This document shows, piece after piece, positions 1-9,121 of a stretch of 64,000 bases of DNA (the first letter of the stretch is position 1; every line of letters begins with the position of its first letter). The notes under the pieces were generated by a model. The model saw nothing but the letters and a program-made list of their open reading frames with translations, did not search any database and had not been told where the DNA came from. The stretch is from a bacterium. Its GTDB lineage: Bacteria > RBG-13-61-14 > DATKZS01. The position numbers and the translations under genes were made by a program. The stretch spans positions 544,001 to 608,000 of the forward strand of contig CAXXFL010000001.1 in the NCBI GenBank assembly GCA_963674965.2, in the 5' to 3' direction.

Positions 1-57
1 GCCACGAGACTGAAGGGAAAACAGGAGGAAACAAGGCTCTACGAGGTCGTCTTCTGA
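1..57 (+). CDS. C-terminal end of a class III adenylate/guanylate cyclase (partial, runs off the window)
   Basis: Frame 1 reads ATRLKGKQEETRLYEVVF*. It has the LKGK...YEV terminal motif of class III cyclases and matches the end of the next gene (LLKGKKKKTRVYEV). Confidence 0.7.
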   Translation, partial: ATRLKGKQEETRLYEVVF

Positions 58-128
58 CGGCCCCGCGAGAAAGGAAACGACCATTCCACCACCGCGTCAG
101 GCGGTTCAAAAGGCGGTCACCCACCGAA

Positions 129-1709
129 ATGGCCCGGCTTAAGTCAATCGCGGACCGATCCGCAATCGTTTGGGAAATAGACCAATATCCCTTTTTCATC
201 GGCTCTCGGGGAAAAAGCTCCGCCTCGGGCGCGGTCATAGGCCGGGACGAAAAGGGCGCTTTTATCTCGGACAACGGCTCCGGGGAGCTTTTCGTCAACC
301 ATCGGAAGATCGAGAGGAAGGAACTGGTCTCGGGCGACGTCATAGCGGTGGGAGGAGGCTCGTATCTCTTCGAGGAGGACGAGGCCGACGTTAGTGGCGA
401 GACCCCGGCGTCGGACCCGGCCGCTCCGGATAAAGCCGAGTCCAAAGACGAAATGGAGTTAAAGGTCCTCTTTACGATGGACATGGCGAGGCCTCTACCC
501 GGGCTCGACGCCCGGTCCGTCATCGCTAAAGCCAGGGGATCGAACTCCTACGCCATACTCCAGTTCGCCCGGCTGGTGGCCGCGGTCGATTCCGTCTCGG
601 AGCTTCTCGCGCAGACCTTGAACCTCATTTTCGAGGTGGTTCACGCCGAGCGGGGCGTCATATTTCTTTACGGCGAGACGGGCCGCCTGGAACCCTCGGT
701 GGTGAAGCGGATAAAGGGAGGGAAGCCCCCGGACGTCGATACGGCCCGGGCCGTCACGGGGAAGGCGATCAAGGACCGCTCGACCCTGGTCTGTTCGGAC
801 GCGTGCCTCGAGGGCCCCGAGGAGGAGCCGTCCGGCCCGGAGACGGCCAGGGTCCGCTCGGCGCTGGTGGTCCCCATTTGGGATGAGGAGGAAGTACTCG
901 GGGCGATTTACCTTGACAACACCATCGTGGGCGGCCTGTTTCACGAGGACGACATGGACCTGATAAACGTGATGGCCAACCTCGTGGCGCTCCGGATCAG
1001 GCAGGAGAAAGCGCGGGACCGGGCCCGCAAGGAGGAACTGCTGCGTTCGGCCCTCGAGCGTTTCCACAGTCCCGACGTGGCCGGCCTTATTTTAAGGCAG
1101 AGCGACTCGGGTCGCGGGTTCAAGGATTTCGTCAAGGAGAGGGAGGTGACGGTCCTTTTTTCGGACGTTTCCAGTTTCACGGGCCTTCTCGAGCGGCTGG
1201 ACGCGAGCGAGGCGGCCGGACTGCTTACCGAGTATTTCGACGTCATGACCGACGTGGTCTTCAAGTACAAGGGCACGGTGGATAAATTTATCGGCGACGC
1301 CGTCATGGCCACCTTCGGCGCGCCCATCTCCCATGGGAACGACGCCGAGCTGGCCGTGTTCGCCGCCATCGAGATGATGCGGAACATGGAGTGGTTCAAG
1401 GCCTCGAGGCCCGAGCGCCAGAAGTTCGACATCAGGATCGGGATCAACACGGGAGTGGTGATAGCCGGCTACCTGGGAAGCGGAAAGAGGATCGAGTATA
1501 CCGTGCTGGGAGACCCGGTCAACGTGGCCTCCCGCCTCCAGACCCTGGCCGAGCCCGGCCAGATACTGGTGGGCGAGAGCACCTACGCCAAGGTGAGCGG
1601 AATGTTCGAGTTCGAGGACAGGGGAGAGACGTTGCTCAAGGGCAAGAAGAAGAAAACGCGGGTCTACGAGGTCCGGTACTCGTTGGCCGGGGGACCCAGT
1701 CTCGCCTGA
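129..1709 (+). CDS. FHA-like/GAF/class III adenylate cyclase
   Basis: Degenerate N-terminal FHA-like region; GAF region (RSALVVPIW...LGAIYLDN); catalytic motifs FSDVSSFT, VDKFIGD, IRIGINTG and EYTVLGDPVNVASRLQ. Lys and Thr at the specificity positions point to ATP as substrate. Confidence 0.92.
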   Translation: MARLKSIADRSAIVWEIDQYPFFIGSRGKSSASGAVIGRDEKGAFISDNGSGELFVNHRKIERKELVSGDVIAVGGGSYLFEEDEADVSGETPASDPAAPDKAESKDEMELKVLFTMDMARPLPGLDARSVIAKARGSNSYAILQFARLVAAVDSVSELLAQTLNLIFEVVHAERGVIFLYGETGRLEPSVVKRIKGGKPPDVDTARAVTGKAIKDRSTLVCSDACLEGPEEEPSGPETARVRSALVVPIWDEEEVLGAIYLDNTIVGGLFHEDDMDLINVMANLVALRIRQEKARDRARKEELLRSALERFHSPDVAGLILRQSDSGRGFKDFVKEREVTVLFSDVSSFTGLLERLDASEAAGLLTEYFDVMTDVVFKYKGTVDKFIGDAVMATFGAPISHGNDAELAVFAAIEMMRNMEWFKASRPERQKFDIRIGINTGVVIAGYLGSGKRIEYTVLGDPVNVASRLQTLAEPGQILVGESTYAKVSGMFEFEDRGETLLKGKKKKTRVYEVRYSLAGGPSLA

Positions 1710-1735
1710 TTGGACCCTTTGGTAAAGGCGAAGGT

Positions 1736-1763
1736 TTGACAGATTTAGGAAACTTTTTATAAT
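1736..1763 (+). promoter_or_regulatory. sigma70 promoter for DUF465-ilvDBN
   Basis: TTGACA (1736-1741), 16-bp spacer, TATAAT (1758-1763), 36 nt upstream of the ATG at 1800. Confidence 0.75.
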
Positions 1764-1799
1764 GTTAATTATACCCGACGCGGTAAGGAGATCGATTTA

Positions 1800-2048
1800 A
1801 TGCCGAACATGGCCCCTGAAGACATCGAGATAGCCAACGCCCTTTGCGAAAAGGACGAGGAATTCAAGAAGCTTTGGAACGAGCACGCCGACTTTAAGGC
1901 CCGGCTTGACGACCTGAAGCTCAAGACCTACCTGACGGCCGAGGAAGAGGCCGAGGTCAAGCGACTTAAAACCCTCAAGCTTCAGGGCAAGGACAAGATC
2001 GCTCTGAAGATTAAAGAATACAAGGTAAACGTACTTTCGACGGCGTGA
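1800..2048 (+). CDS. DUF465/YdcH-family small coiled-coil protein
   Basis: 82 aa with EFKKLWNEH...[19 protein letters not shown], typical of DUF465; AAGGAG SD upstream. Confidence 0.8.
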   Translation: MPNMAPEDIEIANALCEKDEEFKKLWNEHADFKARLDDLKLKTYLTAEEEAEVKRLKTLKLQGKDKIALKIKEYKVNVLSTA

Positions 2049-2066
2049 CCGGCCACTAAGGATGAC

Positions 2067-2101
2067 AAAGCCTCGGTGGTCGCCCGCCGGGGCTTTTTTT
2101 T
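2067..2101 (+). terminator. Rho-independent terminator (candidate attenuator terminator)
   Basis: Stem AAAGCCTCGGTGG / CCGCCGGGGCTTT (13 bp, two G-U pairs), TCGC loop, T8 tract at 2094-2101. Confidence 0.85.
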
Positions 2102-2142
2102 GGCCGCTCGGGAGAGGGGAAGGAATAAAGGAGGGCTTGTAT

Positions 2143-3798
2143 ATGCTAAGCGACAGGTCGAAAAAAGGGATTGAAAGAACGCCCAACCGGGCGCTTATCC
2201 GGGCAACGGGGGTGACCTCGAGGGACATGGGCAAACCCTTCATCGGGATCGCCTCGAGCTTCACCAACCTCATACCCGGACACGCGGGGATGAGGGAACT
2301 TGAGAGGGCCGTCGAGAACGGCGTGTTCGCCGGGGGGGGAAGGCCCTTTATCTTCGGCGTGCCCGGGGTTTGCGACGGTATCGCCATGGGCCACGAGGGC
2401 ATGAGGATGAGCCTTCCCAGCCGGGAGCTCATCGCCGACATGATCGAGGCCGTCGCCCAGGCCCACGCCCTGGATGGACTTTGCCTTTTGACCAACTGCG
2501 ACAAGATCACTCCGGGCATGCTCATGGCCGCGGCAAGGCTGGATATCCCCGCCATCGTGGTCACCGCCGGGCCCATGCTCTGCGGATACCACGAGGGAAG
2601 GCGGCTTACCCTCGTGCGCGACACCTTCGAGGCGGTGGGCCTTTATCAGGCGGGCAAGATCGGCGAGACCGAGCTGGCGGCCATCGAGGAGGAGGCCTGC
2701 CCCGGGCCGGGGTCGTGCCAGGGCCTGTACACGGCCAACACCATGGCCTGCCTGGCCGAGACCATGGGCATGAGCCTCACCGGGTGCGCCACCTCCCTGG
2801 CCGTCTCGGCCAAAAAGCACCGCCTCGCCCAGGAGAGCGGCGAGAAAATAGTCGAGCTGGTCAAAAAGGGAGTGAACGCCAGGAGCATCATTAACCGGGC
2901 GTCCATCGAGAACGCCATCCGGATCGACATGGCCCTGGGCGGTTCGTCCAATTCCGTGCTCCATCTTACCGCCATCGCCCATGAGGCCGGGGTCAAGCTT
3001 CCGCTCAAGACCTTCGACTCCATCTCCCGGGTAACGCCCAACCTCACCAGGTTGCGGCCCGCGGGGGACCACGCCATGGAGGACCTGGACCGGGCCGGCG
3101 GAGTGCTGGCGGTCATGCGGCTCCTGCGGGACTCGATGAGCGACAACCCCACGGTGAACGGCAAGAGCTTGAAGTCCGTGCTTTCCGGCCGGGGATGGTA
3201 CGACCCGGCGGTCATACGCTCGCCCGAGGACCCGTACATGAAGGAAGGCGGCATAGCGGTGCTAAGCGGCAACCTGGCCCCGGAGGGGTCGGTGGTCAAA
3301 CAGTCGGCCGTCTCGGAGAACATGAAGCGCTACGAGGGCAAGGCCAAATGTTTCGACTCCGAGGAGGCGGGCATGGCGGCCATCCTGAGCGGCAAGATAA
3401 AGGCGGGCGACTTCGTGGTCATCAGGTACGAGGGCCCGAAGGGCGGGCCGGGCATGAGGGAGATGCTCTCGCCCACCTCGGCCCTGATGGGCATGGGCCT
3501 GGGCGAGTCGGTGGCCCTTTTGACGGACGGCAGGTTCTCGGGCGGCACGAGGGGCCCCTGCATCGGCCACGTCTCCCCCGAGGCGGCCTCGGGAGGGCCC
3601 ATCGCGCTGGTAAAGAACGGCGACCTCATTTCCATCGATATCCCGAGGCGGAAAATCCAACTCAAGGTAAGCGCGTCCGAGCTCAAGGCCAGGGCCAGGT
3701 CGCTCAAGCCGAGGCCGGCCAAGGTGAAGTCGGGCTACCTGGCCCGTTACGCCCGGCTGGTGGGAAGCGCCTCGAGCGGCGCGGTTTTCGAGGAATAA
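2143..3798 (+). CDS. ilvD: dihydroxy-acid dehydratase
   Basis: Motifs [42 protein letters not shown] and TDGRFSGG. Start placed at ATG 2143 after AAGGAGG. Confidence 0.97.
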   Translation: MLSDRSKKGIERTPNRALIRATGVTSRDMGKPFIGIASSFTNLIPGHAGMRELERAVENGVFAGGGRPFIFGVPGVCDGIAMGHEGMRMSLPSRELIADMIEAVAQAHALDGLCLLTNCDKITPGMLMAAARLDIPAIVVTAGPMLCGYHEGRRLTLVRDTFEAVGLYQAGKIGETELAAIEEEACPGPGSCQGLYTANTMACLAETMGMSLTGCATSLAVSAKKHRLAQESGEKIVELVKKGVNARSIINRASIENAIRIDMALGGSSNSVLHLTAIAHEAGVKLPLKTFDSISRVTPNLTRLRPAGDHAMEDLDRAGGVLAVMRLLRDSMSDNPTVNGKSLKSVLSGRGWYDPAVIRSPEDPYMKEGGIAVLSGNLAPEGSVVKQSAVSENMKRYEGKAKCFDSEEAGMAAILSGKIKAGDFVVIRYEGPKGGPGMREMLSPTSALMGMGLGESVALLTDGRFSGGTRGPCIGHVSPEAASGGPIALVKNGDLISIDIPRRKIQLKVSASELKARARSLKPRPAKVKSGYLARYARLVGSASSGAVFEE

Positions 3799-3815
3799 GG
3801 AAGGAGGAAATCCAG

Positions 3816-5543
3816 ATGACGGACATGAGCGGCGCGGAAATCCTGGTCGACTCGCTCGAGCGCGAGGGCGTTGACGTGATGTTCGGGTATCCCGGCGGGG
3901 TGCTCCTTGGCATCTTCGACGTGCTTTTCGACTCGGAGATCAACTTCATCCTCACCCGGCACGAGCAGGGGGCGTCCCACGCCGCCGACGGCTATGCCCG
4001 GAGCACGGGAAAGACCGGCGTCTGTCTGGCCACCTCGGGTCCCGGCGCCACCAACCTGGTCACGGGGATCGCCACGGCCTACATGGACTCGGTGCCCATG
4101 GTCGCCATGACCGGCCAGGTGCCGACCTCGATGATCGGGGGGGACGCCTTCCAGGAGGCCGACATCGTGGGCATAACCCGTCCCATCACCAAGCACAGCT
4201 ACCTGGTCAAGGACGTGAGGGACCTGGCCCGGACGGTCAAGGAGGCTTTCCACATCGCGAGCACGGGCAGGCCCGGCCCGGTCCTTATCGACCTGCCCAA
4301 GGACGTGATGGCGGCCAGGATGAAACACGCGCCTATCGACGGCGTCGAGCTTCGGGGCTACAAGCCCACCCTGGACGGCAACCCCAAGCAGATCGAGAGG
4401 GCGGCCAAGGCCATCGAGAAGGCCAACCAGCCGGTCATCTACGCCGGCGGTGGGGTCAACATCTCCGGCGCCTCCGAGGAAATGTTCAAGCTGGCCCAGT
4501 CGCAAAGGGTCCCCGTTACCATGACCCTCCTGGGCATGGGCTGCTTCCCCGGCTCTCACGAGCTGTCCCTTGGAATGCTCGGCATGCACGGGACCTACGC
4601 CGCCAACATGGCCATCAGCGACTGCGACGTCCTGATAGCCATCGGGGCCAGGTTCGACGACCGGGTCACCGGGAAGATTCAGGAGTTCGCGCCCAACGCC
4701 AGGATCATCCATATAGACATTGACCCGTCGGCCATCTCGAAGAACGTAAGCGTCCATATCCCCATCGTGGGCGACGTGAAACGGGTGCTGACCGAGCTTC
4801 TGAAGAAGATCAAGGCGCCCGACGACGTGAAGAAAAAGACCCGCGAGAAATGGGTCGGCCAGGTCAAGGAGTGGAAAACGGAACATCCGCTTGCCTATGA
4901 AAAAAGCGATAGCGTTATCAAGCCCCAGTTCGTGGTCGAGAAGATTTACGAGGTCACCGGGGGCGACGCCATCATCTGCACGGAAGTGGGTCAAAACCAG
5001 ATGTGGGCGGCCCAGTTTTACAAGTTCGAGAAGTCCCGCCGCTTCCTCAGCTCGGGAGGACTGGGGACCATGGGTTACGGCCTGCCCGCGGCCATCGGCG
5101 CCAAGATGGGCAACCCCGACGCGACGGTCATCGACATAGCGGGCGACGGCAGCTTCCAGATGAACGTCCAGGAGTTGGCCACGGCCGCGCAGCATTGCCT
5201 TCCCGTCAAGGTGGCCATACTGAACAACCAGTTCCTGGGCATGGTCCGGCAGTGGCAGGACATGTTCTTCAACAAGAGGTACTCCCATACCTGTCTGGCC
5301 GTCGAGCCCGACTTCAAGGCCCTGGCCGAGGCCTACGGCGCGAGGGGTTACCTGGTCACGGACCCCAAGGACGTCGTCCCCGTTTTGGAGGAGGCCCTTT
5401 TCTCGCCCGAGCCGTGCGTGATGGACTTCCGGGTGGACCGGGAGGAGAACGTATATCCCATGGTCCCGGCCGGGGAGGCCATCCGAAACATGATCCTCGG
5501 CCCGGAAAAGAAAAAAACGGGAAAGCTCCGGGCGGTCAAGTAA
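3816..5543 (+). CDS. ilvB: acetolactate synthase large subunit
   Basis: [29 protein letters not shown] and the TPP motif GDGSFQMN...[17 protein letters not shown] before ATG 3816. Confidence 0.97.
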   Translation: MTDMSGAEILVDSLEREGVDVMFGYPGGVLLGIFDVLFDSEINFILTRHEQGASHAADGYARSTGKTGVCLATSGPGATNLVTGIATAYMDSVPMVAMTGQVPTSMIGGDAFQEADIVGITRPITKHSYLVKDVRDLARTVKEAFHIASTGRPGPVLIDLPKDVMAARMKHAPIDGVELRGYKPTLDGNPKQIERAAKAIEKANQPVIYAGGGVNISGASEEMFKLAQSQRVPVTMTLLGMGCFPGSHELSLGMLGMHGTYAANMAISDCDVLIAIGARFDDRVTGKIQEFAPNARIIHIDIDPSAISKNVSVHIPIVGDVKRVLTELLKKIKAPDDVKKKTREKWVGQVKEWKTEHPLAYEKSDSVIKPQFVVEKIYEVTGGDAIICTEVGQNQMWAAQFYKFEKSRRFLSSGGLGTMGYGLPAAIGAKMGNPDATVIDIAGDGSFQMNVQELATAAQHCLPVKVAILNNQFLGMVRQWQDMFFNKRYSHTCLAVEPDFKALAEAYGARGYLVTDPKDVVPVLEEALFSPEPCVMDFRVDREENVYPMVPAGEAIRNMILGPEKKKTGKLRAVK

Positions 5544-5603
5544 AAGATGAAAGCCGTCCAATCCAGGAGGAATCGGAACTCGACTCGCGCGGAGGGACTT
5601 TAA

Positions 5604-6089
5604 ATGAAGCACACTATATCGGTCATGGTGGAGAACAAGTTCGGGGTCCTGGCCCGCGTGGCCGGGCTCTTCTCGGGAAGAGGATATAACATCGAGAGTC
5701 TTTGCGTGGCGCCCATGATGGACCCGTCCGTCTCGGTCATGACCATAGTCACCCAGGGGGACGACCGGGTCATCGAGCAGGTCACCAAGCAGCTCAACAA
5801 GCTCATCGACGTCATCAAGGTCATCGACGTGACCGAGAGCGACTATATCGACCGGGAACTGATGCTGGTGCGGGTCTCGGCCGAGCGGGAAAAGCGCGAC
5901 GAGATCATGCGGGTGGCCCAGATATTCAAGTCCAGGGTGGTGGACGTGGGACCGAAAACCCTGACCCTCGAGGTCACGGGAACGGACGACAAGCTCGACG
6001 CGGTGCTCCGGATTCTGCGGCCCCTCGGGATAAGGGAACTGGTGCGCTCGGGCAAGGTCGCCATGCTCCGGGCCGACCCCAGGAAATAG
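5604..6089 (+). CDS. ilvN: acetolactate synthase small regulatory subunit
   Basis: ACT domain VENKFGVLARVAGLFSGRGYNIESL; follows ilvB. Confidence 0.96.
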   Translation: MKHTISVMVENKFGVLARVAGLFSGRGYNIESLCVAPMMDPSVSVMTIVTQGDDRVIEQVTKQLNKLIDVIKVIDVTESDYIDRELMLVRVSAEREKRDEIMRVAQIFKSRVVDVGPKTLTLEVTGTDDKLDAVLRILRPLGIRELVRSGKVAMLRADPRK

Positions 6090-6092
6090 GCC

Positions 6093-6812
6093 TCAGGTCG
6101 GCCAGTGGGCCATGAAAATGTCCTCCCAGTGCTTGAGGTCGTCGGCCTCGATCGACATGGCCGTGATGTTGACGCCGGCGTTTAAAATAGTCACGGCGTT
6201 CAAGTTGGCGTCCCCATCCTCGTATCTCACCGCGCCCAGGCGGTTGAAAAAGGCGTTGTTCACCTCGTAGACCTCGTTGAAGAACTCGACCAGGCGGGAA
6301 AGGTCCCAGTCCGGCGCGCCCCCGTTCTTGTGCATGAAGTATTGGGCCATCATGTACATCGAGATCACGCGGTAGGTGGTTTCCTCCCAGGTGGCGAAGG
6401 GAAGATGGGTCTCGACCATGGGCCTCATCTTGTTCAAGATGGGGCAGCCGGCGCTGACCATGTATATTCCCATAAGAGAACTGGCCACCGTCTGGAGGGG
6501 GACTTTCTTGAAGTAATCCCTTTGCTCGGTCTCGATCCTTACCTCGACCTCCTCGAAGGACTTCGAGTGCTTGAAAAAATCTATCAGGTCGAAAAGACTG
6601 GCCGCCACCGGGCAACGCGGACTCGTGGCCGGATCGAGAGAGCAGTTGGGACACTTGTTGAACTCGAGGGCGGTCCATTCCGGAGCGTCCGTTGGCCTCT
6701 CGGAGACAAGGTCCAGACTGTCCCGGTCAAGCCTGACGGTGAAACGCTTCTGCCGCCCGTCGTCGAACTTGACGTCGTAAACGAAATTGATGGGTTCCGC
6801 GCCATCGCTCAT
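6093..6812 (-). CDS. conserved hypothetical protein (DUF6901-like, Cys-containing)
   Basis: 239 aa with WTALEFNKCPNC...CPVA, SSLMGIYM..GCP and HLPFA; SD upstream. Confidence 0.7.
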   Translation of the reverse strand: MSDGAEPINFVYDVKFDDGRQKRFTVRLDRDSLDLVSERPTDAPEWTALEFNKCPNCSLDPATSPRCPVAASLFDLIDFFKHSKSFEEVEVRIETEQRDYFKKVPLQTVASSLMGIYMVSAGCPILNKMRPMVETHLPFATWEETTYRVISMYMMAQYFMHKNGGAPDWDLSRLVEFFNEVYEVNNAFFNRLGAVRYEDGDANLNAVTILNAGVNITAMSIEADDLKHWEDIFMAHWPT

Positions 6813-7088
6813 GATGGACTCCTCCTTGCATGTTTTTCATGGACGGCCGAGACGGCGTCCGCCCGGGTCCCCAGTGAAAGGCCGCGTCGGCTGAAATGAT
6901 TATAGAACGCCCCGTTCGTTTTGCAAAAGGAGATTCCTCGGCGAGGGCAAAAGCTCCACCTTAACGACGCGAGTTGTACTCCTCAGCCGCGTATACATCA
7001 TCTAAATCGTGAAGCGCTCTAATATAGATTAGAACCCGATTCCGTGCTACTATATCGAGTATCATGTAACGAAAAAGGAGAACGGCCA

Positions 7089-7280
7089 ATGTGCGAATCC
7101 ACCGCTTACCTCTTAAAAGGTGAAGACGAGGAACTCTTCCTCAAGGACGTGGTCAAGGTCACTCCGCAGGAAAACGGAAAACTCCTGGTAGAAAGCCTGC
7201 TTGGAGACCAGAAAGAACTGACCGGACATATCCGGGAGATCGACTTCATGCTCCATAAAATTACGCTTGTCGAGGCTTGA
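7089..7280 (+). CDS. cooT: CooT-family nickel-binding protein
   Basis: 63 aa starting MCE (Cys2) with IDF..HKI (His) near the C-terminus; AAGGAG SD before ATG 7089. Confidence 0.85.
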   Translation: MCESTAYLLKGEDEELFLKDVVKVTPQENGKLLVESLLGDQKELTGHIREIDFMLHKITLVEA

Positions 7281-7346
7281 TCTCAAACAATAATTATTCC
7301 CGATAATGAGAAAATATCGCGGATTTCAGTTTCTTCGAGGGGATAA

Positions 7347-7502
7347 TCATTCCTCCATCTCCCGCTCGATATCCCTTCTTCCTCGCTTGCGGTCATAGCC
7401 CCTTTTGCCCTTGGGAGTGCCCAGGGGACGTCCGCTTTGGCGGGGAAGAGGCAGCCTGATCTTAATCCTTTTGCCTTTGCTCTTTTTTCTTTTCTTACGC
7501 AT
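7347..7502 (-). CDS. small very basic protein (51 aa)
   Basis: MRKKRKKSKGKRIKIRLPLPRQSGRPLGTPKGKRGYDRKRGRRDIEREMEE; the ATG lies 2 nt after the stop of the upstream phosphatase gene. Confidence 0.55.
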   Translation of the reverse strand: MRKKRKKSKGKRIKIRLPLPRQSGRPLGTPKGKRGYDRKRGRRDIEREMEE

Positions 7503-7504
7503 GT

Positions 7505-8134
7505 TCACTCTCGCGGCTTGGGTGGGAAGGAACCGGGCCGGTGGTTCTTCACGAATTTCTCCAGGTCGTGCCATAACTCGTTATGGCCGAAGTATTCCAT
7601 CTCGGCCGCGGCCTCCTCATTGGCCCATCCGTCCCGCTCCATTCGGTACAGCCCGCTCATCATGCCCGTCCGGTCGATACCCAGGGTACAGTGGATGTAA
7701 ACGGGCCGCTTGGCCGGGTCGTCCACGATGGAGAAAAACTTTGCGATGAAATCAGGTCCCGGCGGCTCCGAGGGATTGATGGGCATCCAATAATACTCGA
7801 ACCCGGCGGCCCTGGCCTCATCCTCATAGTCGTGGGACTCCCGGTAGCGGAAATTGATTATAGTGCGGACGCCCAGCCTCTTGAGGACGCCCAGGTCGTC
7901 CTTCGGATATGCCCCGCGATAAAGTCCCGGGTTGATCCGGGCCACGTATTCTATGTCGCCTATATCCTTGATCTTCACCGCGTAGCGGTCCTGGCGGGGG
8001 GCCTGGAGAAAAGCGCGGTAAAAGGGAGTATAGCCGCCCAGGAGAATGGCGACGACGGCCGCCGCCAGGGCGAGGAGCAGACCGGCGACAAGGACCGGCC
8101 TTGGCCGTTTCTTTTTTTCTTTTTCAGGTTCCAC
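7505..8134 (-). CDS. membrane-anchored Cys-based (PTP/DSP-like) phosphatase
   Basis: Active-site loop HCTLGIDRTG (CX5R), LYRGAYP motif, N-terminal basic patch followed by a hydrophobic helix. Confidence 0.85.
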   Translation of the reverse strand: MEPEKEKKKRPRPVLVAGLLLALAAAVVAILLGGYTPFYRAFLQAPRQDRYAVKIKDIGDIEYVARINPGLYRGAYPKDDLGVLKRLGVRTIINFRYRESHDYEDEARAAGFEYYWMPINPSEPPGPDFIAKFFSIVDDPAKRPVYIHCTLGIDRTGMMSGLYRMERDGWANEEAAAEMEYFGHNELWHDLEKFVKNHRPGSFPPKPRE

Positions 8135-8137
8135 GCC

Positions 8138-9067
8138 TCACCCCAATATCAAGCCCTTCTCTATCGATCTCCCGGCCAGATATTCGGCCACCCTCATCAT
8201 CCTTTTTCCCGGCGGCTGAAGCTCGCCTATCAGCACGGCCCCTCGGCCGCAGCGGGCGAGCACTCCTCCCGGCCCGGCCTCGATAACCTCCCCCGGCGCT
8301 CCCGACTTTACGGCGTCCACTGCCGCCAGGCCCGAGACCTTGACCGTCAGGTCCCCGATCCGGGTGAATGAACCGGGCCAGGGATCGAAGGCCCGTGACC
8401 GGCGCTCGATCATGGCCGCGTCCATGGACCAGTCGATCCGGCCGTCCTCCTTTTTCAGCATGGGAGCGCAGCCGGCAAGGGACTCGTCCTGCGGCTCGGG
8501 CTTTATGGACCCGTCCTCCAGCCCCGCCAGGGTCTCGACCACCAGCTCCCCGCTGACCACCGCCAGCTCGTCGTGCAGGGACCCGCCCGTATGGTCGGCC
8601 CTGATCCCGACCTCCCGGCGGAGAAGGACGTCCCCCGTGTCCACGCCCTCGTTCATGAGCATGGTCGTGACGCCCGTCGTCTCGTCGCCGTTGGCGATGG
8701 CCCACTGGATGGGCGCCGCGCCCCGGTAGCGGGGAAGGAGGGAGGCGTGGGCGTTGACGCATCCGAGCCGGGGCAGCGAAAGCACGTCGGTTTTCAGTAT
8801 CTGTCCGAAGGCCACCACCACCACCGCGTCGGGCCGGAGCAAGGAAAGGCGCTCGAAGGCCCCCTCCTCGCCGAGCCTTTCCGGCTGGAACACGGGAACG
8901 CCCATCTCGAGCGCCGCGACCTTGACCGGCGGGGGACAAAGCGCTCGCTTTCTTCCCTTCGGCCGGTCGGGCTGAGTGACGGCCAGGACCGTGTCATGCC
9001 CGGCCTCGGCCAGGGCCCTTAAAGTGGGGACCGAAAAATCGGGCGTGCCCATGAATATTATTCTCAA
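8138..9067 (-). CDS. fmt: methionyl-tRNA formyltransferase
   Basis: RIIFMGTPDF, TQPDRPKGR, NAHASLLPRYRGAAPIQ. Confidence 0.97.
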   Translation of the reverse strand: MRIIFMGTPDFSVPTLRALAEAGHDTVLAVTQPDRPKGRKRALCPPPVKVAALEMGVPVFQPERLGEEGAFERLSLLRPDAVVVVAFGQILKTDVLSLPRLGCVNAHASLLPRYRGAAPIQWAIANGDETTGVTTMLMNEGVDTGDVLLRREVGIRADHTGGSLHDELAVVSGELVVETLAGLEDGSIKPEPQDESLAGCAPMLKKEDGRIDWSMDAAMIERRSRAFDPWPGSFTRIGDLTVKVSGLAAVDAVKSGAPGEVIEAGPGGVLARCGRGAVLIGELQPPGKRMMRVAEYLAGRSIEKGLILG

Positions 9068-9121
9068 AGCTCCTGCTCCATTGGACCGGTCTGAAAAGTC
9101 TTGCGGGACGCTCGGGAAGCG

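Noticed and set aside
2062-2142. IlvD start at 2062
   Set aside because: It would run through the terminator hairpin; the SD and N-terminal similarity support 2143. A regulatory role for this ATG, which lies in the antiterminator loop, is not excluded.
3195-3815. Apparent 207-aa N-terminal extension of IlvB
   Set aside because: It is an out-of-frame overlap with ilvD; a strong SD supports ATG 3816.
3747-5612. Long antisense or alternate-frame ORFs (also 9101-10795, 21115-22857, 37131-38684, 38506-40242, 47522-49009, 55042-56817)
   Set aside because: They shadow well-supported genes on the other strand, have no motifs, and are expected from GC-rich codon bias.
6813-7017. c-di-GMP (GEMM) riboswitch suggested by GGGCAAAA
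   Set aside because: The GNRA tetraloop/receptor and the second stem of the motif are not present.
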